NCBI RefSeq assembly: GCF_036321535.1
Contig: NC_087437.1
Span: forward strand, 46,936,001-47,000,000
Origin: Camelus dromedarius
Taxonomy: Eukaryota
Length of the DNA stretch: 64,000 nt
Direction: 5' to 3'
The notes beneath the pieces are model-generated. The model was given only the letters and a program-made list of their open reading frames with translations. It was not told where the DNA came from and ran no database searches. Position numbers and translations under genes: made by a program. Positions 54,546 to 64,000 of this stretch are shown here, piece after piece; the stretch's first letter is position 1, and every line of letters begins with the position of its first letter.

Positions 54546-56464
54546 CTGTTCCATCATCTGGGGCCTCTCACATAAGGAGGGCTGCAGAGATGGCCAGCTG
54601 GGCAGATGGAAACATTACATATCGTCCTCAGCATGGCCAGTCTCTCTAAGTAATCTCTTCAGACTACTTATTTTCTATTTCTCAGTTGCCAGAGTCGCAT
54701 CACAGCAACAGATGCAAAGATAAACATATCCTGTCTAATTCAGAAAGAAGGAGGCAGGTGGAGAAATAGGACAATATTCTTTGGAGCCTTTCAAATGGAG
54801 ATGTAGTGCAAGTCTAACTTACTAGGACCTTCGAGTCTTATGCTGTTGGGCTCACAGCCATTGGGAGTATAAGAGACAAGTATATGAATGCCAAAAACAC
54901 TGAACTTGAACAAATAATGTCAGTTCTGGGTGCAAGAGATGTGACAGATTATCTTTGTTCTGTAGGACCTTTAATCTTTTACCTTCAAATCTTGTACTTC
55001 ATAAAGCGCCTTCAAAGAAAACTACCTGGATTAACGTTCCTGTTGTCACAGTAGCCCTTACATCTGCTCCCTAGCACGCAATTCTCCTGGAAGGCAATGA
55101 GGTCAGGAATCAGGGTTCATGTACTGGATTACCATTCTCCAAGATGTCCCTTAATCCAACACTGGACCATCCTACCTGCATCCATCCCCAGAGGTTGCTG
55201 GGAGATGAGGGGAAGAGGCTGTTGGTCAGCAATAAGCCTTCTTCAGTAGAGTCCTTCCCCCAAGCCCCAGAGCACTTAACTGTGATAGAACAATGTCCTT
55301 TGGAAACTACTTCCAGGTGGTAAGAGAGCCCTTGGAAAAGATCTGCTTATTTCGAATACATCCTTTATAAATGTAGGCACTCTAGTTCATTGCCCTCGTC
55401 ACGCATCTTTCCTTTGAAATGGAGACAGTGGAGACTTTAAAAGCATTATCTGCGGTCTAGAGAGATTTCCCTTTCCCACCCTCGACCCAAACGCTTAACC
55501 AAGCTAGAAATAGTGACTGTGTCACACAAATGCAACTGGGTTTACTAACACAAGACTTCCTATGCAGATAAAGAGGAACAAACACAAACGTCCATGGATG
55601 GTAAAATGTTTTCTCCAGAGTATCCTGATGAATCTGCAAGAAAAGCACACATTTTCCAATTAAGAAAATGCCTGCTGAGCAATGGATAATGCCATATGTC
55701 TGAGCCTCCTGAATGGAAATGAATGGCCAAAAGCTTTTTGATAAAAAAGACGAGAAAAGAATTATTTGTGTTTGTGACTGGTATTCTGAACTTCCAAGTA
55801 TCACCTTTGCATTTCTGTTATCTCCTTCTGCTATTAAGTGTACTTGGCCTGTTTGATGGTGATGTCATAATTCTATAATTATAACTCTGGAATATTTACT
55901 CTTTTCTATTCTGTCTTTAAAAACACCATTTTCTCTTTAAGAAGAGACTTGGTAAAATTCCCAGTACAATTTTAAGTAATTTTTAATATTCAGTGATAAA
56001 GACCTGTGCTGCATATTTCACCACTGGACTATCCATTTCTCCTCACAAATTCTTGAGGGATCGAATCATGAGCTTTTAAAAAGCAGGATAAACTCCATCT
56101 ACTCCCTCACCTTTTCGTCATTCTTTTCTGAGAAATGTGAAAGACTCACCTGCTCAATAGATGTTAAATAAATAATAAAGGTCAGAGAAAGGTCATAATT
56201 TCTTTTGAAAGAGGAACATTTTCTTAAGGTATCAAACGGGGATTTTCTAACTCTAGGGAAAATGAGGGGCCTCACTGAGAAAGAATCCTGCTCTCATTTG
56301 TTTACTCAGAGTACAGAATTGTGTTCTCCTGATCCAGGTATTTATATAGAACAATATTGACCTTAATACTTTATAAAAATGATAGTAGAAATCATTGCAA
56401 AGAACTGAAACTTGCAATATAATGAGAACGAGTCATAGATTATAACACATAGGACACGACTAAC

Positions 56465-56665
56465 AAAGAATATTAGGCTGGTTCCGAGGTTGATCACCTC
56501 CTTGTCAAGGATCAATGACGCTTCTTTACTGGTGAGATGAAGCGACTGAGCTCCGCTTCGGTCTCGTTCCACCTCTGTGGGAGCCATATGGCCGCTGCTC
56601 TACTAGGGCCCGTGTCAAGATTTTAAAACCCAGATTTGAACTTTGCCTAGGTACTTGTTAAAGTA
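56465..56665 (-). pseudogene. candidate exon (201 nt), CpG-rich, probably frameshifted
   Basis: T-run acceptor (tttttag|) ... TTT|gttagt. Reads ...GFKILTRALVE / SGHMAPTEVERDRSGAQSLHLTSKEASLILDKEVINLGTSLIFF. Confidence 0.3.
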
Positions 56666-56809
56666 CTAAAAAAAATTATAATGGTAAAGTTTACATATAC
56701 GATTTTATAATAAATGTAATATATGTAATATCATCCATTCAGGGCTTATTGTTCTAAGGGTGCTAGCAAGCACTGCATAGTTTTTACTTCATTCAGTTCT
56801 CCTCTAATA

Positions 56810-56920
56810 AAACATAAACTTCATAAAGGCAGGGATACTGTTTTCATATTCACCACTGTATCACCAGTGTCTGGAACAGTGTCTGCTACGTAATTCATGG
56901 AATGAATGTATGAATGTTGA
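56810..56920 (+). mobile_element. L2 3' end
   Basis: 'ggcagggatactgttttcatattcaccactgtatcaccagtgtctggaacagtgtctg...gaatgaatg'. Confidence 0.8.
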
Positions 56921-57539
56921 AAGTATTGTAATACATCTTTGCCAGATGGAAAAACTAAGGCTCAGCAATACTGCCTTGCCCCAAAGCTATCAAAGAACAG
57001 GGCCCTTAACCAAGGTCCAACTGTAAGTTTGGGGGCTGAAGTACAAAGCTAAAGGATGTATTTCAGAGTAATGAAGTCAACTGCTATAAAAAGTATTGCA
57101 TTTCTCCATGTGCTACCTGTGAGTTGTCAGCCTTGTCCCTCAGATCTGAGTGGCACAAGTGATTTCGCAGAGTTCTGTGTAGGGGACTCCACTCTCTCCT
57201 CTGCTGTTAAGATAGGAAACACTAAAGCCCTTTGTCAGAATACTCTTCCTACTTGATGCCCAGCTGAAAAGTGGTCACCCACGTGTGCTGTGCAAGAAGG
57301 TGGTACTTCCCATGTACTACCATCACACACCACCTCACAGCAATAGCTCAACACAGTACATAATTTTTAATGTCAAGTACCTGATAAGTTGTATTGAGTC
57401 CCTCCATTCTCTCAGCCATTTTGCACTTGGTCTTTACACCTTTCCTGCTCTTCCCCAAAATAGCTTCCTAACCTCAATTACTTTTTAAAGATACAGGCTG
57501 CATTCAGAAACTAAATGATATTCATGTTAAAATCTTGTG

Positions 57540-57930
57540 TTCAAGACGACTTGAGCAAAAACTTGGAAGCAATTTTTTTTGCAAGAAGTTATTCTAATAA
57601 AATGATCAGATGTGTACAAAAAGATTTATATATAAGAATGTCCATAGAACATGGTGAAAAGTTTCAAACAACTTGTATATCCATCAGTGGTGTGTATACA
57701 TACTATATACATATTTTGCTGCTACACTGGGAATCTGTTAAATTCACATTTTATAGAAAATGTAATGACAAGGGAAATTTCTCAATATATATAGTTATAT
57801 AAAAAACAGATTCTAAAGGATAATATACAGTATAAGTCCATTTTAAACATATAAATGTGTACATAAGCATATACACATACACATCTATATACTATAAAAA
57901 GATAAGGTTTTACACAAACTGTTACTTTAC
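57540..57930 (+). mobile_element. old L1ME 3' fragment
   Basis: 'agatgtgtacaaaaagatttatatataagaatgtccatag...atatacagtataagtccatttt'. Confidence 0.6.
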
Positions 57931-58305
57931 TGAGTGCAATGACAGAGAATAATTTTTCATCTCTGACTTAGATATTTAACTATTATCAAGTCACATTATT
58001 TGTACCAGACTTTATTGACTGTTGCTCGGATATGAATTTTCTTAAAAACCATACAAACAAATAAGCATTTCAGATCATCTTCAGGAAATCTCTCATCTCT
58101 AAAATTAAAGTCCAAAATGTCCCCTGGGAGACTCTAAATATTATTTAAATGTTTTTATGTTTTATGCTTCTGCTTCGTGTTGAGGCAATTGTTTAGATAA
58201 AAAAGTAACTGTGTGCACAAAAGCTGTTGAAACCTAATTAAGAAATTAAAATACTAGTAAGTGCGACAATGTAGACAAAAGGACTAGGATGGTTCATGTT
58301 GTTAC

Positions 58306-58503
58306 CTGCAGGCAGCAGCCATGGCATATGCTAAGATAAGTCTGCCTTAGCCAGCAATAGGCATGCCTTCATATGTTCAAGCTCCACCACTGGCACAAAA
58401 GCAGGAATCATGTTGGTAATCTCAGTCAGGAATTCATTTCAGACAAATCACAATTTTTGTGCGTGATCTGCCAAGTAATTTTTCAGTTTTTTTCCATGGT
58501 TTT
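58306..58503 (-). pseudogene. candidate exon (198 nt), frame ambiguous
   Basis: ctctctcag| ... CAG|gtaaca. Phase-1 reading NHGKKLKNYLADHAQKL*FV*NEFLTEITNMIPAFVPVVELEHMKACLLLAKADLS*HMPWLLPA. Confidence 0.25.
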
Positions 58504-59319
58504 CTGAGAGAGCCCAAACCCATGACTTAGTTACATTAGTTGAATTAACAACAAAGCTAGTCATGCCAGAGAAAATCATTACTAACGTGCTTAAGCACCC
58601 TTAAATCTGTTTCTGTTTCACTTCTCCCACGTTATGAGGACAATCAGCTCCACTTTAGTTTTCCAGTACTTCTAATCAGGGTTCAATTCCCAGAATCAAA
58701 TGAAACTGAAGCCTCCTTTAATTATCTACAGGTCTTCTTTTCCAGGTCTGCTGATGCCATTACCCAAAAATGTCTCAGGACAAAGGACAGTAATACTTGC
58801 AAGTCCATTTTACATAAAATATTTTTAAGCTGGCATTTTTGATTGATTGATAGTTGATAGATAGAGTATCTATCAATTCAAAATAAACTGTGGTAGATTT
58901 CTACTTAAAAATGGCAAGAAGTGGATTTTGGCACACCAATGCTGCCACTGGGTATAAGACGGAAAACCAAGATAAAAGATGGTAATCATCTGTTTGAAGT
59001 CTACAGAGAATTGGAAAGGCCATACTGCAGAGAGGGGAGAATGCAGCAGAAGTAAGTGGACTTCTGCAGTCACTTCTGCCCTAGAGGCATTTGCTAATTT
59101 TGTGAATGGGCACAAGGATGATAATCCAAGTTTTGTACCCAGAAAGGGATGCTACTGGAAGATAGAGAAAGAAAAAAAAGTAGGCTTTTGGGAGATATGG
59201 GGAGTTGCAGGCATACTGCTGGCTTTCCTCTCACAAAGTTACCTATTTCTAGAGCAGCAGCAGGCATAAAACTAACATTTACACAGAAAGTTTCTAAGAG
59301 ACTAAAGCTTTGGCTGTGT

Positions 59320-60262
59320 CATAAAAGGATACCGTTAGTAAGTGAAAGAGCAACCCGCAAACTGAGAGAAAATATTTGCAACAGTATATCCAACAAAGAT
59401 TTATAGCTAAAATATGCAAAGAACTCCTACGAATCATTAGAAACACATGATACAATCCAGTCAAAGACAAATGAGCAAGAGAGATAAGCAAGCCCTTCAC
59501 AAAAGGACATATACTTTTGGCCAATTATCATAAGGAAAGATGCTCAATTTCAGTAATTCACAGGAAAGTATGAATTTAAATCACAAAGCCATTACCCCTA
59601 CATGTCTACCAAAAACGTTAAAATAAAAAAATAGGTAATAATTCCAAATGTTAGGGAAGATGGAGAGCAGCTGGAACTGTCATACATTGATGGTGGAACT
59701 ATAAATTGGAAAAATGCTTGACAGTACCTGCTAAAGCTAAGCATACACGTGTTCTTGGTACAGATATTCCACTTCTTGATGTAAGCTATGTATAAGTGTA
59801 TGCCCCGAAAGACATATACAAGGATGTTTATAATGCCCCCACTGTTCATAATATCCCCAAATTGAAAGCTATCCAACAATCTAACAGTAGACTAGATACA
59901 TAAATAGCAGTATATTTATACAGTAAATACTATTGAGCAGTGAGGATGAACACACTATAATTGTACACAACAACATAGATAAACCTAATGGAGAGTAAAA
60001 GAAGCTAGACCCAAAAGAGTGTGTACATCATGATTTTATTGCTAAAATTCTGAAAACATACAAATTAGGTCTGTAGTGTCAGAAGTCAGGAGAGTGGAGT
60101 GGTTATAATTAGAATGGGACAAAAGAGGTCTTCTGGGATGTGGACAATGTTCTGTTTTTAATCTAGGTGCTGGTCACATGTGTTTGTTCACTTTGTAAAA
60201 CTTATTCTGCTACATACTTTTTACTCTACACTTTTTGAAGGTATATTTAAATTAAAAATTTG
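59320..60262 (+). mobile_element. old L1ME/L1MC ORF2 end plus 3' UTR
   Basis: 'ctgagagaaaatatttgcaac...ggagagcagctggaactgtcatacattgatggtgg...ttctgggatgtggacaatgttctgttttt'. Confidence 0.85.
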
Positions 60263-60278
60263 TATCAAAATGCATGCA

Positions 60279-61970
60279 ATCTACAGATTTAATGCAATCC
60301 CTATCAAATTACCCAGGACATTTTTCACAGATCTAGAACAAATAATCCTAAAATTTATATAGAATTACAAAAGACCCAGAATTGCCAAAGCAATACTGAA
60401 GAAAAAGAATAAAGCTGGAGGAATAACCCTCCTAGACTTCAGACAATACCACAGAGGTACAGTAATTAAAACAGTGTGATATTGGCACAAAAACAGATAT
60501 ATGGATCAATGAAACAGAACAGAGAGCCCAAAAATAAACACACACACCTACAGTCAATTAATCTTTGACAAAGGAGGCAAGAATATATAATGGAGAAAAG
60601 ACAGTCTCTTCAGCAAGGGTGTTGGGAAAACTGGACAGCTGCATGTAAATCAATGAGGTTAAAACACTCCCTCACATCATACACAAAAATAAATTCAAAA
60701 TAGCTTAAAGACTTAAAGACAAGACATTATAAACCTCCTAGAAGAAAACATAGGCAAAGCATTTCCTGACATAAATCTTAGCAATGTTCTCCTAGGGCAA
60801 TCTACCCAGGCAATAGAAATAAAAGCAAAAATAAACAAATAGGGCCTAATCAAACTTACAAGCTTTTGCACAGCAAAGGAAACCATAAGAAAAACAAAAC
60901 AACAACCTATCGAATAGGAGAAAATATTTGCAAATGATAAGACTGACAAGGGCTTAATTTCCAGAATATATAAACAGCTCATACAACTTAATAAAGAAAA
61001 AAACAAACAATTCAATTCAAAATAGGCAGAAAGCCTAAACAAGCAATTCTCCAGTGAAGACATATGAATGATCAATAGGTACATGAAAAAATGCTCAGTG
61101 TCACTAATTATTAGATAAATGTGAATCAAAACTGCAATGAAGTATCACTTCACCGCAGTCAGAATGACCACCATAAAAAAATTCACAAACAATAAATTCT
61201 AGAGAGGGTATGGAGAAAAGGGAACCATCCTACATTGTTGGTGGGACTGTAGCTTGGTGCAGCCATCATGTTTGAGATTCCTCAAAACACTAAAAATAGA
61301 CTTACCATATGACCCAGCAATCCCACTCCTGGGCATATATCCAGAGGGAACTCTAATTTGAAAAGATACATGCACCTCAATGTTCATAGCAGCACTATAT
61401 ACAATATCCAAGATATGGAAACAACATAAATGTCCATTGACAGATGACTGGGTAAAGAATTTGTGGTATATTTATATACTGGAATACTACTCAGTCATAA
61501 AAAAGAATGGAATAGTACTATTTGCAGCAACATGGATGGATCTAGAGATCATCATTATAAGTGAAGTAAGCCAGAAAGAGAAAGAAAAATGCCATATGAT
61601 ATCACTCATATGTGGAATCTAAAAAAAAAAAAAGATATGAATGAACTTATTTATAAAACAGAAACAGACTCACAGACATAGAAAATAAACTTTTGGCTAC
61701 CACTGGGGAAAGGGGGAGGGAAGGGATAAATTGGTAGATCAAGATTTTCAGAAACTAAGTACTATATAAAATAATAAATATACCACAAGTTTCTACTGTA
61801 CAGCACAGGGAACTATATTCAATTATCTTATAATAACCTATAATGAAAAAGAATATGAAAATGAATATATGTATGTATATGTATGACTGAAATATTGCTG
61901 TACACCAGAAATTGACACAACATTATAAACTGACGATACTACAATTTAAAAAAAAGAAAAACAACAACAA
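60279..61970 (+). mobile_element. 5'-truncated young L1 (ORF2 C-terminal part, 3' UTR, poly(A)) with TSD
   Basis: Translates to [13 protein letters not shown]...[19 protein letters not shown]...ATWMDLE..SEVSQKEK (L1 ORF2 C-terminus) with stops. G-rich tract at ~61705-61725. TSD aaaatgcatgca (60267-60278) and aaagtgtatgca (61971-61982). Confidence 0.95.
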
Positions 61971-62359
61971 AAAGTGTATGCATAGAGAGGAGCTGCCATT
62001 AGCTAGACCAAGATAATTGTCTTAGACTTGGATCAGTAACAGCAGCCCAGTGTGCATTAAATTCATCTATTAGACACAATTTACTTCTGCATTTGTGGCT
62101 ATCAAACTACTGGACAAATATTAAATAAATGCCTAATTGCTATACTAGTGAGAAAAACTTAAATAGAAATATGATATGATTCTTAATTTTATTTTACAAA
62201 AATACTTAGCATTTACAAAGTATTTGCAATCTGTTTGGGGAGGTAAGATTAGAGAAAAAATTAGCAAATAGAATTTAAAGCTGAAGTCTAAACTCCTTTT
62301 GAATCTTGAGAGTTTTGAGCTGAGTGAGTTTGGGAAGTTCCTCTAACCACTAAGATACC

Positions 62360-62810
62360 CTTTGAGGATCATATTTTCTGCCGACAGAATATGATGCCTA
62401 TGTTTAAGGTTTTTTGCATCTATGTTTACGAGGAATATTGACTTATAGTTTCCTTTTCTTTCAATGTCTTTAAGCAAAATTTGCCTCATAATTTTGGAAG
62501 TATTTCTCTTCCAATTATCTGGCGGAGTTTTTGTAGCATGGTACAAACATTTGGTAGAATTAATAAGGGAAGCCATCTCACTTGTAATTTTCTTTGTGCA
62601 TAAGTTATCTTTAATAGATAGGAGACTATCTAAGTTAACTAATTCTCTGATTATTTCTTTCCAGTATGATTGAGAACTAACTGACATGTATCTCTGTGTG
62701 AAGTTTAAGGTGTACAGTATGATGGTTTGATCTACATACACTGTGAAGTGATGACAACAGGTTCCGCTAACATTCATCTTCTCATGTAGATACCATAAAA
62801 AAGAAAGTCG
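62360..62810 (-). mobile_element. L1 fragments (RT region plus L1MA-type 3' piece), antisense
   Basis: ORF 62343..62813(-) contains 'GNYKSIFLVNIDAKNLK', a degenerate form of L1 RT NYRPISLMNIDAKIL. Confidence 0.8.
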
Positions 62811-62899
62811 CATCCAAAGCTGTGATCAAGCATTTCATTCTGAAGCAACAAAAATTTAAAAAGTAAGAACACATATTTTAAATGTGAAAAAAATAAAGC

Positions 62900-63730
62900 T
62901 TCCCCTCCCCCAAAGGATGGACTGCTCCCCTAAGCTCAGGTGAGGCTTGTTCATTCGGGCCTTGTGGGTGAAGGATTCTCAGCATCTCCTCTTCTCCCTC
63001 CCATAGCAGCCAAACTCTTTTTACAAAACCGTGTCAGGTCTTAGGCAGGAGATAGTTTTCTGGCGCTTCACAAGTGGTAGCAGATCTCTTCTTTGTACTG
63101 GTGCAGGATTTTAGGACCAAGGGGTTTTCCTGCCCCTCCATCGGCATTCTTGGTGCCAAGTGTTTTCTATCCTCTCCCAGTGGCTTAGGGCTTTTGTCTC
63201 ATATGACAGAAGGATCTGGTGAAGTAAGCTGTGCTTTTTGCAGTGTTTTGTCACCCATGTCATCCAAATACCTCCTGCATATCCGGGTCAGGAGGTGGAA
63301 AGGGGTTCTGTCTCCTGCCCTGTGCCCCATCTCTCTTAGAGCATTTAACGTAGCCCAGTGGGGAAGAGCTTTTGAGTGAGGACAAACTCCTTGTGTCTGA
63401 GGTGCTCGGTTGTTTTAAACGGAAATCTTCACCTAATCTTGGCCTTTAAGAAGTATTCACAATTCGGACTGATTTTTTTTCTTACGTACTTCTGTGGCAG
63501 CAAGTATTCTTCCCATGTTCTGCCGAAGTCAAAAAGATTTGTGTCTGCTCTCCTCCTGCTAAGGGATCTGTCACTTTTCAGAATTCAGTTTTCTTGGTTG
63601 TCTTTTGACCTTAGTAACTCTGATGACTTTGGGATAAGTTATAATTTTGTAGATCATCTGGCTTTTTCTCATCGTTAGGATGGCAGTAAAATTCTTTTGC
63701 AGCTTTCAGCATCCTAAATGGAAGCAGAAC
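62900..63730 (-). mobile_element. old L1M 5' region, antisense
   Basis: The minus strand begins 'ttctgcttccatttaggatg...gaaaaagccagatgatctacaaaa', like old L1M 5' ends as remembered. Confidence 0.55.
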
Positions 63731-63857
63731 CTTACCTGTTAGGACTTTAGGATTAAAATCTGCAGATCAATTGTGAAAGAATTTTCATCTATATGAGTCT
63801 TTTAAACCACATAATTTATTATGAAATTTTTGAGTGATTAATTTATAACAATCATTA

Positions 63858-64000
63858 TTTTTGCTTTTTTGCTTATTGAAGTATAGTTGATTTACCATAC
63901 TGTGTTAGTTTCAGGTGTACAGCAAAGTGATTCAGTTATATATATATATTTTCAGATTCTTTTCCATTAAAAATTATTAAAAGATATAGAATGTAGTTCC
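63858..64000 (-). mobile_element. L1 3' end, antisense (runs off the window)
   Basis: T-tract then 'attgaagtatagttgatttac...gtttcaggtgtacagcaaagtgattcagttat'. Confidence 0.9.

Noticed and set aside
46127..56665. Faint resemblance of 'WISGRNIS..LLR' and 'SLHLTSKE' to C3orf20/FAM194-family motifs, from memory
   Set aside because: Only a few residues match and the rest of the model does not fit, so no gene symbol was assigned.
63736..63790. Strong minus-strand donor CAG|gtaagg
   Set aside because: It sits at an L1 boundary, and its acceptor and frame are unclear.

Overview
AT-rich, repeat-dense eutherian genomic DNA that looks intronic or intergenic. I find no intact protein-coding gene, RNA gene or CRISPR array. 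The L1 3' UTR type looks cetartiodactyl-like, and I saw no Alu, B1/B2, Can-SINE, Bov-tA/BovB or PRE-1 SINEs, so a camelid-like host is plausible (inference). Recognisable content is mostly transposable elements: young and old L1 pieces, L2, MIR, L3, MLT1/MLT2 LTRs, an ERV1-type solo LTR, a Charlie1 hAT transposon with a nested MER45, MER58, a Tigger MITE, a Charlie4z-like MITE and several microsatellites. Repeat names come from remembered consensus sequences, not a database search. The most interesting but unproven signal is a minus-strand chain of AG/GT-bounded segments at about 58.5-13.2 kb. Sixteen of them (47292->13209) join with matching splice phases into a ~550-codon frame with 9 premature stops, which would be a decayed multi-exon gene of a family I cannot name. 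I assembled it by eye, and chance pseudo-exons are common in mammalian DNA, so it needs a homology test.
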